Shown: positions 46,482 to 56,025 of the stretch, piece by piece
How positions within the stretch are numbered: the stretch's first letter is position 1
Layout: every line of letters starts with the position of its first letter
Assembly: GCA_963717285.1 (NCBI GenBank)
Contig: CAVQVW010000002.1
Location: forward strand, 516,783 to 580,782
Direction: 5' to 3'
DNA length: 64,000 bases
Source: an uncultured Thermoleophilia bacterium
Lineage (GTDB): Bacteria; Actinomycetota; Thermoleophilia; UBA2241
Made by a program: the position numbers and the translations under genes
The notes under the pieces: generated by a model
Seen by the model: only the letters and a program-made list of their open reading frames with translations
The model's database searches: none
Told to the model about the DNA's origin: nothing

Positions 46482-46820
46482 TCAGCCGCCGGCATGCCGG
46501 TAGGCGATCACCCTCACTTGCTCGACCGTGATCATGCCGCTGTCCATCATCGCGTCGACGATCGGCAGAAAGGCCTCGACCTTCTCGGGTGAATCGACGA
46601 TCTCGACGACGACCGGCAGGTCCTCGGACAGTCGCAGGATCTTCGCAGTGCGAATGCCGCTGTTGGCGCCATACCCCAGCGCGCCGCGAAGCACCGTAGC
46701 ACCGGCAAGACCATGCTCGCGAGCCGCCGCGACGATCGCTTCGTAGAGCGGCTTCCGATGGTGCTTATGCTCGGCGCCGATGAAGACACGCAACAATTCG
46801 GCGCTCTCGGTCAGATGCAT
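46482..46820 (-). CDS. DUF190-family protein (PII-like, CrcB-associated)
   Basis: 112 aa with LLRVFIGAEHKHHRKPLYEAIV...GATVLRGALGYG. Immediately downstream of crcB. Confidence 0.7.
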   Translation of the reverse strand: MHLTESAELLRVFIGAEHKHHRKPLYEAIVAAAREHGLAGATVLRGALGYGANSGIRTAKILRLSEDLPVVVEIVDSPEKVEAFLPIVDAMMDSGMITVEQVRVIAYRHAGG

Positions 46821-46838
46821 CCTTCCTCACCCCCTCCC

Positions 46839-47216
46839 TTACACCAGTCGCGAGATAGCGAGCCCGGCGAAGACCGCCGCCGCCCCGAGACCGTTCTGCA
46901 GAAGCAGGTTGCCGGCCATGCTGAACCACTGAGCGTCGCGTGCGAAGTTGGCCGTCTCGACCATCACGCTGGAGAAGGTGGTGAAGGCTCCGAGGAAGCC
47001 GATGAAGACGACGACGCGCGCCTCGTTGCTCAACGCCCATCGGGTCTCGAAGAGCCCGAAGAGGACACCGGCCGCAAGGCAACCCACCGTGTTCACGACC
47101 ATCGTGCCCCACGGGAACTGCGCGCCCAGGCTACGCTGCGCGAGACCGGAGAGCCCGTAGCGGCAGAGCGCCCCGAGGGAACCGGCCACCGCCAGCAGCA
47201 GCAATCTGGTGGCCAT
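46839..47216 (-). CDS. crcB: fluoride-specific ion channel CrcB/Fluc
   Basis: 125 aa, 4 TM. GSLGALCRYGLS...GTMVVNTVGCLAAG...GFLGAFTTFSS. Confidence 0.8.
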   Translation of the reverse strand: MATRLLLLAVAGSLGALCRYGLSGLAQRSLGAQFPWGTMVVNTVGCLAAGVLFGLFETRWALSNEARVVVFIGFLGAFTTFSSVMVETANFARDAQWFSMAGNLLLQNGLGAAAVFAGLAISRLV

Positions 47217-47582
47217 TCCTCTCCCCCCCTAGAGCTGGACCTGGCGCGCGAGGCCGGTCGGGACGGCTCCATCTAATCACGGCCATGCAGGGCCGCCAAG
47301 CGCTCGCGGACCTAGGAGGCGAAGGAGACACCGAGCGCCGTGGAGCAAAGGCCGCCCCAGAACCCGGGTTCGGCATTCGGACCGGCCGCCCAGCGCATGG
47401 CCGCGCGTATAGTATGCCAAACAGCTGATTGACGTCCCCTTTGCCCCGATGCTGCTGGCCATGGCCGTGCCCGGCTCCGATCGCCCCGAGGCCCAATTGG
47501 CCCTGAGTGGCGGTGTGGAGGCTCTCCTCTCCACGGTGATGTGCACTCGCGGCCCAGAGGCACGAGGTGTGGGAGTCTGGGA

Positions 47583-47660
47583 TGGTGGGCGACGTTGGAA
47601 TTGAACCAACGACCTCCAGCTTGTCGAGCTGGCGCTCTCCCAACTGAGCTAGTCGCCCAC
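47583..47660 (-). tRNA. tRNA-Val (anticodon GAC)
   Basis: Minus-strand cloverleaf GGGCGAC-TA-GCTC-AGTTGGGA-GAGC-G-CCAGC-TCGACAA-GCTGG-AGGTC-GTTGG-TTCAATT-CCAAC-GTCGCCC-A-CCA. Arms resemble actinobacterial tRNA-Val(GAC). Position 33 reads C rather than U. Confidence 0.75.
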
Positions 47661-47754
47661 GCAGAGACGGCAGTATAGCAGAGGCCCCGGTGGGGATTCC
47701 AGCGACCGGCGCGCGGCGATTCGCGCGCCGGTCGTGCGTGTGAACACCCTGCCG

Positions 47755-49347
47755 TCAGCGCGCCGCGGAACGACGCGGCGGGCGGCGCCTGATGCCCTGC
47801 GCTGCAGAGCGACGGGCACCGCCGTTCCACACGAGCTTGCCTTGGCGCGACTGCACTTGGTGGGACTCCGGGATGGCGCGCTTCTCGTACTCGAACTCGG
47901 GCAGGTCGTGGCGCGTGATCGTGGCGCCGATGAGACGCTCGATCGCCTTGAGCTCGTGCACGTCCTCCCCGGTGAGCAGGCTCACCGCGATGCCGCTTGT
48001 GCCGGCGCGGGCGGTGCGCCCGATGCGATGCACGTAGTCCTCGGGATTGGTCGGGATGTCGAAGTTGATGACGTGTGTGATGTTGTCCACGTCGATCCCG
48101 CGAGCGACCACGTCGGTAGCCACGAGCACGGCCGTCTTGCCTCTCTTGAAGCTGTCCAGTGCCCTCTGCCGCTGCCCCTGCGTGCGATCGCCGTGGATGG
48201 CCTCGCAACTGACGCCGGCCCTGTTCAGTGTGGTCGCAAGACGCTCTGCGCGCCGCCGCGTCCGCGTGAACACGAGCGTACGATCGGGATCGTGATGGCG
48301 GAAGTACTCGACGAGCAGGTCGACCTTCTGCTCGTTGTTCACCGGCAGGATCCTCTGGTCGACGTTGTCGACCGGCCTGGCGCTGCCCCCGAGCTCGATG
48401 AAGACGGGCTCATGCAGAGTATCCTCGATGATGCTGAGCACCTGCTTGCTCATCGTCGCCGAGAACAACAGATTCTGACGCTTCTTCGGCACGGCGTCGA
48501 TGATGCGCTTCACATCTGGCCAGAAGCCCATGTCGAGCATGCGATCGGCCTCGTCGAGCACCAGGGTATCGACACGATCGAGGAGGACATCACCCTGCCG
48601 CAGCATATCGAGCAGGCGGCCGGGGGTGGCGACGAGGAGATCAGTTCCTCTGCGGACCCGCTTCGCCTGTGGATCGTAGGGAACTCCGCCGAAGACGGCG
48701 GCGACGCTGCGACTCGTGTACGTCCCGAGCGTCTCGCCGACCTCCTCGATCTGCCCGCACAACTCGCGAGTGGGTGTCACAACGAGAGCCGTAGGACGCG
48801 CCGTACGACCGTCGGCGACCGTCGATTGCGTCATGCGCTGCAGGATAGGCAGCACGAAGGCGGCCGTCTTGCCGGTACCGGTCTGTGCACAGCCGACGAT
48901 ATCGCGCCCGGCCAGAGCGCGAGGGATCGCCTGCTCCTGGATGGGCGTCGGAGCCTCATAGCCCATGGCCGACACACCGGCGAGCAAGTCGGCACTGAGG
49001 CCGAGCTCGGCGAATTTGGGCAGACTGACCTCGGGCGTCGGACCGTCAGGGCGCTTGACGCTCTTGCGCGGCACGTAGCCCGTGTCGACCCCAGAGCCCT
49101 TGCGGGCATCCCGGTCGCGGCGCGGACCGCGGCTGCGGCCGCGATCGCCGCGCCGTGATCCGCCGTTGCGGTCCGTGCGGCTTTGCTGCTTCCCGCTACC
49201 AGACCTGGCTTCGCTTGTGGTGCTCGTACGGCCAGATTTCTGGGAGTTCGCGGTCTTCGTGTCCTTGGTGGTGGTGTCGCTGACTTGTTTCACTGATGAT
49301 CTCTTTTCTGACGAATCCGCACGCGGCAGCACATCGAACGCCCCCAT
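47755..49347 (-). CDS. DEAD-box ATP-dependent RNA helicase
   Basis: Q motif FAELGL...PTPIQ, AQTGTGKT, VLDEADRMLDMGF, SAT, HGD, HRIGRTAR. Basic RG-rich N-terminal extension and C-terminal basic tail. An alternative GTG start near 49074 would remove the N-terminal extension. Confidence 0.85.
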   Translation of the reverse strand: MGAFDVLPRADSSEKRSSVKQVSDTTTKDTKTANSQKSGRTSTTSEARSGSGKQQSRTDRNGGSRRGDRGRSRGPRRDRDARKGSGVDTGYVPRKSVKRPDGPTPEVSLPKFAELGLSADLLAGVSAMGYEAPTPIQEQAIPRALAGRDIVGCAQTGTGKTAAFVLPILQRMTQSTVADGRTARPTALVVTPTRELCGQIEEVGETLGTYTSRSVAAVFGGVPYDPQAKRVRRGTDLLVATPGRLLDMLRQGDVLLDRVDTLVLDEADRMLDMGFWPDVKRIIDAVPKKRQNLLFSATMSKQVLSIIEDTLHEPVFIELGGSARPVDNVDQRILPVNNEQKVDLLVEYFRHHDPDRTLVFTRTRRRAERLATTLNRAGVSCEAIHGDRTQGQRQRALDSFKRGKTAVLVATDVVARGIDVDNITHVINFDIPTNPEDYVHRIGRTARAGTSGIAVSLLTGEDVHELKAIERLIGATITRHDLPEFEYEKRAIPESHQVQSRQGKLVWNGGARRSAAQGIRRRPPRRSAAR

Positions 49348-49561
49348 GCGAGCGCGGTGGCTCGCCGGGCACGAAGGGGTGCGCGAGGAATCGTCGAGGA
49401 TGGGCCACAGTAGGAGTGGCCGAACAGACTACGGACGAGTGTTCCTTTCCATCAAACACTGCCCGGTATTCACAGAGTCTGGGTCTGAGGGGGGAGGATA
49501 TCGCGGCGCATCATCATGCTGCGCAGGCGGAGAACCGGCTCCCGTGACGACGAAACACACC

Positions 49562-50551
49562 CTAACAGGTCTCCTTGGGGCTGACAAGTCCCTGAACCCC
49601 TGCAGCCCGCCCTTCGGCGGCGCCCCAGTCATGCCGGTCAGCGTGCGCGCGCAGCCGCGCCTTCAGTCCCGCGTCGCAGAAGGCGCCGTCCAAAGCATGC
49701 GCGTACATGTCCCTCGAGTTGTGTCCCAGGCGTGTCGCCACCTCGCACTCGTGGGCAAGGTCGGTGTCCATGAGGGCGGGGTCGTCGGTCGAGATCGAGC
49801 ACTTCACGCCTGCCGCCAGCATGTGTGGGAGCGGGTGCACGCCGAGCGACGGCACGACGCCGAGGCGCAGGTTGCTCGTCGGAGTGACGTCGCAAACGAT
49901 GCCTCGCGACGCGATCTCTCGCAGCAATCCAGGGTCCTCGACGGCACGCACGCCGTGACGCAGCCGCTCGGCGTGCAGAACGTCGAGCGCCCCGCGCAGC
50001 GAGGCCGACCCCTGCGTCTCGCCGGCGTGCGGCGCGGCCCTGAGCCCGCCCACACGTGCGATGGCGAACGGTCCCGCGTATAGCTCGGGTGGGTACAGAC
50101 ACTCGCTACCACCCAGACCGAGCCCGACGACCCCGCGTTCGCGGAACCTGACCGCCCATCGCGCCACGCTCTCCGCGATGTCCAGGGGGAAGTCGCGCGT
50201 GATGTCGGGGGTGAACCGGACCTCGACGCCGTGCAGATCGCGCGCTTCGTCCGCACCGGAGCAGTAGCCCTCGAAGACCTCTTCCCACGGCGTCCCTCGA
50301 CGCACCGGTTCGGCCGGCGAGAAGATGGCCTCGATGTAGACGCAGCCCTGGGCCGCCGCGGCAGCCGCGTAGTCCACGACCACCTGGCGGAAGTCACGCT
50401 CGCGCTGCAGGACGGCTGAGGTGGAGATCCAGACCTGGATGAACTGCGCGAAGTCCGTGAATCTGCGAGCCGCATGCAACTCTGTCTCGCCGACGCCCGG
50501 CAGGGCCACCTGATTGCGCTCGGCGATCTCACGCAAGCGCGCGGGGTGCAC
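49562..50551 (-). CDS. adenosine/adenine deaminase-family metallohydrolase (N-terminus likely extends upstream to about 50640)
   Basis: SISTDDPALMDTDL (the SxDD active site), HAGE... The in-frame upstream segment 50552-50674 encodes PKIELHVHLEATV (the metal-binding HxH motif) but holds no ATG/GTG/TTG. The track start GTG at 50551 would delete that motif. Confidence 0.65.
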   Translation of the reverse strand: MHPARLREIAERNQVALPGVGETELHAARRFTDFAQFIQVWISTSAVLQRERDFRQVVVDYAAAAAAQGCVYIEAIFSPAEPVRRGTPWEEVFEGYCSGADEARDLHGVEVRFTPDITRDFPLDIAESVARWAVRFRERGVVGLGLGGSECLYPPELYAGPFAIARVGGLRAAPHAGETQGSASLRGALDVLHAERLRHGVRAVEDPGLLREIASRGIVCDVTPTSNLRLGVVPSLGVHPLPHMLAAGVKCSISTDDPALMDTDLAHECEVATRLGHNSRDMYAHALDGAFCDAGLKARLRAHADRHDWGAAEGRAAGVQGLVSPKETC

Positions 50552-50604
50552 GGTCGCTTCGAGATGGACGTGCAGTTCGATCTTCGGGTGGAGCGTGGCC
50601 TCTC

Positions 50605-51766
50605 CTACTTGCGTGCCTTGCTGCCGCCCGCGCGCCAGACGAGATACGAGTGGACGAAGCCGTCCAGTTCGCCGTCAAGCACGCTCTGGGCATTGCCGAC
50701 CTCATGGCCGGTGCGCAGGTCCTTGACCATCTGGTACGGGTGGAGGACGTAGCTGCGGATCTGGCTGCCGAAGTCCACGTTCAGCACCTCGCCGCGCTCG
50801 CGCGCGAGCTCGTCGGCGAGCTTGCGCTCCTCGAGCTCGACCAGCCTCGACTTCAGCATGCCCATCGCCACCATCTTGTTCTGCAACTGTGAGCGTTCGT
50901 TCTGACACTGGACGACGATGTTCGTGGGAAGGTGTGTGATGCGGATCGCGGAGCTCGTCTTGTTGACGTGCTGGCCACCCGCTCCGCTCGAGCGGTAGGT
51001 GTCGATGCGCATGTCATCGTCGTTGATTTCGACGTCCACGTCCTCCGTGAGGAGAGGGGAGGCATCTACCGAGACGAAGCTCGTGTGACGGCGATTGGCC
51101 GAATCGAACGGGCTCATGCGGACCAGTCGATGGACACCCTTCTCGCTGGCCAGCAGGCCGTAGGCGTTCTCGCCCTCCACGGTGAGCGTCGCGCTCTTGA
51201 GGCCAGCCTCCTCACCCTCCTGCATGTCGTTGATCGCGACCTTGAAGTCGCGCTTCTCGAACCAGCGCAGGTACATCCGCAGAAGCATCTCCGCCCAGTC
51301 CTGCGATTCGGTGCCGCCGGCCCCGGGGTGGATCGTCAGGATCGCCCCGCCCTCATCGTACCGGCCGCTGAAGAACCGCTTCTCTTCGCCGCGTCGGAGG
51401 TCGCCCTCGAGCTGGGCAACGCCGCTCACCAGCTCCTCCAGGAGCTCGTCATCGATCTCGTCACCAGCGGTCTCCTCGCGCAGGAGCTCCTCGGTGGATT
51501 CGAGATCGACGAAGCGTGCCTCCAGGGCACCGAACTCCTCGAGTCGCCGCTTGAGCCGGCTGTACTCAGCGGAGACCTTGGACGCCCCCACCTGATCGTC
51601 CCAGAAGCCCGAGGCGCGCATGCGCTCCTCGAGAGCCTCCAAGTCGGCTGTCAGTTTGGGGGGGTCAAAGATAGCTCCGCAGCCAGCCAAGGCGCCCACG
51701 GGCTTCCTTGAGCCGCTCACGGAGCGAATCGAGTCGAACGATGGCTTCTGATGCTGTGGGACTCAT
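50605..51766 (-). CDS. prfB: peptide chain release factor 2, expressed by programmed +1 frameshift (join 51766..51668, 51666..50605)
   Basis: SPF tripeptide, GGQHVNKTSSAIRITH (GGQ). A 33-codon leader ORF starts at the ATG at 51766 and ends ...LRSYL-CUU-UGA. GGAGC-UAU-CUU-UGA-C at 51665-51679 matches the E. coli site (AGGGGG-UAU-CUU-UGA-C). The main frame continues DPPKLTADLEAL. Confidence 0.8.
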
Positions 51767-51876
51767 GACGACGTAGTGTACCCGAAACGATACGAGTCCG
51801 TAGCCGCGAGCACCACACGAAGCGACTCACGTGGTGAGCGGCGAATGGGACGGTGCAGTGTGGAACTCGCCCGGGC

Positions 51877-54540
51877 TCAGGCCCCGTGGCACCGCTTGTA
51901 CTTCTTCCCGCTCCCGCAGGGACAGGGGTCGTTGCGCCCGACCTTCTCCTCCGTGACGCGCTGCTGCACCGCGACGCCGCCGGCGGCTTGCCCCGCGCTC
52001 GCGGCGGAGCGACCGCCGGACGCAGCCAGATTGCGCGGCGGAGCGTCCGTGAGACCCTCGTCCGGAACGTCGAACTCGCCGGCGGCCTGGGCGGCTCCCG
52101 AGAACGAAGTCTGTGTGATCAGATCGTCGCCGCTCGTGTAGTTGACGCGCACGAGCGGCTCGTCGAGGGTGACCGAAGTGAACACGGCGAGATCCGCAGC
52201 GCTGTTCTTCATCAAGGTCGTCACAGTGCTGGTCTTGATGGAGTTCATCATGTCCCGGAACAGCTCGAAACCCTCGCCCTTGTACGCGACGAGCGGATCG
52301 CGCTGACCGAGAGCCCGCAGATGTATGCCCTCTTGGAGATAGTCCATGTCGAGGAGGTGGTCTTTCCAGCGCGAATCGATCACCTGAAGCATGACGGCTC
52401 GCTCCACGATGCGCATCTGCTCCGTTCCGATGAGCCCCTCGCGCTCTTCGTACTGCGCGACGGCGTCGTCGACCAAGAGATCGACTACGTTCTCGGCAAT
52501 CGCGGACTCAAGGTCGATCTCGCTCTTCGTGACCGTCGGGTCGTAGGTCTGCTTGAGTCCGATGAAGAGCGCATCGAGGTCCCAGTCCTCGGCGTACTGC
52601 ACGTCCTCGAGGCGCGCCCGCACCGTCTCCTCGACGGTCTCGGCGATCATCTCGCGCACCTGTTGACCGAAGTCCTCGCCCATGAGGATACGCTGGCGCT
52701 GGTCGTAGACGACACGCCGCTGCTCGTTCATGACCTCGTCGTACTTGAGGACGTTCTTGCGGCGCATGAAGTTGAGTTCCTCGACCTTGACCTGCGCCTT
52801 CTCGACGACGTTGCTGAGCATCTTGGCCTCGATGGGTTGACCCTCCTCAGGGCCGAGGCGACTGAGGACCCGATACATGCGGTCGCCGGCGAACAGGCGG
52901 ATGAGTTCGTCCTCCGCCGACAGGTAGAACCGCGTCTCCCCCGGGTCTCCCTGGCGACCGCTGCGCCCACGAAGCTGGTTGTCGATACGTCGGCTCTCGT
53001 GGCGTTCCGTGCCCAGCACGTAGAGGCCGCCGGTCTCTCGCTCGGCCTCACCGAGCTTGATGTCTACACCACGGCCGGCCATGTTGGTGGCGATCGTCAC
53101 CGAGCCCTTCTGGCCGGCGTTCATGATGATCTCGGCCTCGCGCTCGTGCTGCTTGGCGTTGAGGACGTTGTGCGGGACCCCGTGTCGGTCGAGCAGCCGG
53201 GAGAGCATCTCGCTGACCTCGACCGAGACCGTGCCCACGAGCACCGGCTGCCCCTTCTCGTGGCGAGCCACGATGTCGTCGACGACCGCCGCGAACTTCT
53301 CCTTCGCCGTCGTGAAGATGAAGTCGTTCTCATCGAGGCGGATCATCGGAGCGTTGGTGGGGATCTGGACGACTTCGAGGCCGTAGATCTGGCGGAACTC
53401 GTCCTCTTCAGTCTTGGCGGTCCCGGTCATGCCGGCAAGAACGTCGTACATGCGGAAGTAGTTCTGCAGCGTGATGGTCGCGAGCGTCTGGTTCTCCTCG
53501 CGGATGGGCACCTTCTCCTTCGCCTCGATGGCCTGGTGGAGGCCCTCTGAGTAGCGACGCCCCTCGAGGATGCGGCCCGTGAACTCGTCGACGATGAGCA
53601 CCTCGCCGTTCTGGACGACGTACTCCACGTCCTTGTGGTAGAGCGCCTCGGCCCGCAACGCCTGCAAGAAGTGGTTGACGAGACCGCCGTTCGAGTCCTT
53701 GTAGAGGTTGTCGATGTTGAGAGCGCGCTCGACTTTCGCCACGCCGCTCTCGGTGACGGCCACCGTGCGCTGCTTCTCGTCGACCTCGTAGTCCTCTTCC
53801 GGAAGCAGGCGAGGCACCACCCGTGCGAACTGCCGATACGTATCGGCGGCCGTTTCGGGAGCGCCGCTGATGATCAGCGGCGTGCGCGCCTCGTCGATGA
53901 GGATGGAGTCGACCTCGTCGACGATGCAGAAGGCATGGCCGCGCTGGACCATGTGCTCGCGCCGCATCGTCATATTGTCGCGCAGGTAGTCGAAGCCGAA
54001 CTCGGAGTTCGTGCCGTACGTCACATCGGCGGCGTACTGCGCGCGTCGTTGCGCCGGATTCATGCCCGCCTGGATGATACCCACGTCGAGGCCGAGGAAG
54101 CGGTAGACCTGGCCCATCCATTCCGCATCGCGTTTGGCGAGGTAATCGTTGACGGTGACCAGATGAGCGCCGTTTCCGGCCAGCGCGTTGAGGTACATGG
54201 GCATCGTCGCGACAAGGGTCTTGCCTTCGCCAGTCTTCATCTCGGCGATGTCTCCCTCATGAAGGACGATGCCTCCCATCACCTGGACGTCGAAGGGCCG
54301 CATGCCCAGCGCACGCTGGGACGCTTCACGAACGACGGCGAACGCCTCGAACAAGAGGTCGTCGAGCAACTCCCCGTTCGCGTAGCGCTGGCGGAACTCG
54401 GCCGTCTTGGCCTGGAGATCGGCGTCGCTCAGCCCGACGAGATCGGCCTCGAGTGGACCAACCTGGGTCATCTGCTCCTGGAGAGCCTTCGTGCGCCGAC
54501 CCTCGCCGGCGCGCAGCAGCTTGTTGACGATCTTGATCAC
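51877..54540 (-). CDS. secA: preprotein translocase ATPase SecA
   Basis: N-terminus [20 protein letters not shown], Walker [13 protein letters not shown]-like [13 protein letters not shown]-terminal zinc motif [17 protein letters not shown] start at 54540 with GGAGCGGGAG upstream. The track ORF adds 57 Arg/Ser-rich codons upstream. Confidence 0.9.
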   Translation of the reverse strand: MIKIVNKLLRAGEGRRTKALQEQMTQVGPLEADLVGLSDADLQAKTAEFRQRYANGELLDDLLFEAFAVVREASQRALGMRPFDVQVMGGIVLHEGDIAEMKTGEGKTLVATMPMYLNALAGNGAHLVTVNDYLAKRDAEWMGQVYRFLGLDVGIIQAGMNPAQRRAQYAADVTYGTNSEFGFDYLRDNMTMRREHMVQRGHAFCIVDEVDSILIDEARTPLIISGAPETAADTYRQFARVVPRLLPEEDYEVDEKQRTVAVTESGVAKVERALNIDNLYKDSNGGLVNHFLQALRAEALYHKDVEYVVQNGEVLIVDEFTGRILEGRRYSEGLHQAIEAKEKVPIREENQTLATITLQNYFRMYDVLAGMTGTAKTEEDEFRQIYGLEVVQIPTNAPMIRLDENDFIFTTAKEKFAAVVDDIVARHEKGQPVLVGTVSVEVSEMLSRLLDRHGVPHNVLNAKQHEREAEIIMNAGQKGSVTIATNMAGRGVDIKLGEAERETGGLYVLGTERHESRRIDNQLRGRSGRQGDPGETRFYLSAEDELIRLFAGDRMYRVLSRLGPEEGQPIEAKMLSNVVEKAQVKVEELNFMRRKNVLKYDEVMNEQRRVVYDQRQRILMGEDFGQQVREMIAETVEETVRARLEDVQYAEDWDLDALFIGLKQTYDPTVTKSEIDLESAIAENVVDLLVDDAVAQYEEREGLIGTEQMRIVERAVMLQVIDSRWKDHLLDMDYLQEGIHLRALGQRDPLVAYKGEGFELFRDMMNSIKTSTVTTLMKNSAADLAVFTSVTLDEPLVRVNYTSGDDLITQTSFSGAAQAAGEFDVPDEGLTDAPPRNLAASGGRSAASAGQAAGGVAVQQRVTEEKVGRNDPCPCGSGKKYKRCHGA

Positions 54541-54613
54541 GGTCGTGGCACTCCCGCTCCTGGGTTCTCGGTGGTCATCGCCGCGCACGGCGCGGCGCCG
54601 CCGGCCGCGAAGG

Positions 54614-55228
54614 TCAGCTGTCGCTCGGCTCGATGAGGCCGTAGTGGCCGTCGTTGCGACGGTAGACGACGTTCGTGCGACTCGACTCCACGTTCGTGAA
54701 CACGAAGAAATCATGTCCGACCAGCTCCAGCTGGAGGGTCGCCTCCTGAACCGACATCGGCTTCAGTGCGAACTGCTTCGACTTCACGACTTGTCCATTG
54801 TCGCCGACAGCCTCGAGATCGTCCTCGTGAGCGGCGGCGACAGCCACCGGCTCGAGGTCGGGGATCATCGCGGCCTCGATGGGCATCTTCTCGTGGCCCC
54901 TGCGAGTCTTGCCGTGCACCTTGTCGTGGTACTTCTTGGCGCGGCGGGTGAGCTTGTCCATGACCAGGTCGATAGCCGCATACATGTCGGCGGAGGACTC
55001 GCGCGCGCGCAGCACCGGACCACGCGTGAAGATAGTTGCCTCCGCGAGGCAAGGCTCGGGGATACTCGGGTTCTTCTCGACCATGAGCTCGAGCTCCACT
55101 CGCGTGACCTCGTCGATGCGCCGCTGCATGAGCAGCTTGTGGACACGCTCGAGCTTCTCTTCGGCATACTGCCTGAGAGGCTCGGTGACAGTGACGTTGC
55201 GACCTTTGATCTGGGTTTTCATCGACAT
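54614..55228 (-). CDS. hpf: ribosome hibernation promoting factor (long HPF/RaiA)
   Basis: [26 protein letters not shown] is the HPF N-domain; the long-form C-terminal dimerisation domain follows. Sits upstream of secA, as in actinobacteria. Confidence 0.8.
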   Translation of the reverse strand: MSMKTQIKGRNVTVTEPLRQYAEEKLERVHKLLMQRRIDEVTRVELELMVEKNPSIPEPCLAEATIFTRGPVLRARESSADMYAAIDLVMDKLTRRAKKYHDKVHGKTRRGHEKMPIEAAMIPDLEPVAVAAAHEDDLEAVGDNGQVVKSKQFALKPMSVQEATLQLELVGHDFFVFTNVESSRTNVVYRRNDGHYGLIEPSDS

Positions 55229-56025
55229 CGCTCCTTCCGGACGGCGTCGTCTAGCGATGCTTGGGACGGGACGGCACGCACGGTGCGCGCAAATGCAAAG
55301 ACGTGGGGTTCGAGATCGGCTCTGATGAGTACTTCCGCACCCTGGCTCAATGTCTCGCCTGTGGTGTACACATCGTCAACTATCATAACCCGCTTGAACC
55401 TTCTTAGTACCCGGTCGGCATCCTCCTTCAACGCGAACGAACCGTGCACGTTGGCCGCGCGAGCGGCGCGGGCGAGGCCGCTCTGGCGCGCGCCGTGGCG
55501 CACGCGGCGCAGCAGCGGCGCAGAGGCGACGCCCGCATGGCGGGCCAAACCCCTCGCGAGCAACTCCGCCTGATTGAAGCCCCTCTCGAGCGTGTGCTCC
55601 CGATGACCCGGCACCCACGTGACGACCATATCCTCGCAGCCTGGCGACGCTCCTGAGACGCGACCCAGGTCCTCACACGCAGCCACGAAGGCGGACGCCG
55701 AGCGGATCACCATCTCGTCCGCAAGGGAGCGGTAGGCGCGGAACTTGCAGGCCGTGACGAGGGCGCGCGCCGCTCCCTCGTAGGTGAAGGCCGCCGAGGC
55801 GGAGACGAACCAGAGACCTCGGCCGCGGCACTCGCGACAGCTCGGTGTCGCGGAGCGACTGGGCGCTCCGCAGTGTCGACAGTGCTGGGCGGGCAGCGCA
55901 CAGAGGTCGCTCGCGCAGACCGCGCACAACCACTCCCCAGGGGCGCTGCACTGCACGCAGCGCTTGGGCAGGACGATGTCCAGCAGGCCGCCGAGGACGG
56001 AGCCAAGGCGTGGCTGCTCACGCAT
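55219..56025 (-). CDS. ComF-family phosphoribosyltransferase-domain protein
   Basis: N-terminal Cys-rich zinc region (CVQCSAPGEWLCAVC...CRHCGAP...CRECRG). PRT motif VMIVDDVYTTGETL near the C-terminus. Confidence 0.65.
   Translation of the reverse strand: MREQPRLGSVLGGLLDIVLPKRCVQCSAPGEWLCAVCASDLCALPAQHCRHCGAPSRSATPSCRECRGRGLWFVSASAAFTYEGAARALVTACKFRAYRSLADEMVIRSASAFVAACEDLGRVSGASPGCEDMVVTWVPGHREHTLERGFNQAELLARGLARHAGVASAPLLRRVRHGARQSGLARAARAANVHGSFALKEDADRVLRRFKRVMIVDDVYTTGETLSQGAEVLIRADLEPHVFAFARTVRAVPSQASLDDAVRKERCR

Noticed and set aside
47217-47582. Fluoride (crcB-motif) riboswitch expected upstream of crcB
   Set aside because: The coding strand of the leader was read, and no conserved GGCGAUGG / AACCGCC / CUGAUGA elements were found. 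No riboswitch feature was called (see finding).
47131-47643. 170-aa ORF upstream of crcB (minus strand)
   Set aside because: It runs straight through the tRNA-Val gene (MGERQLDKLEVVGSIPTSPT is the tRNA sequence read as protein). It is not a CDS.
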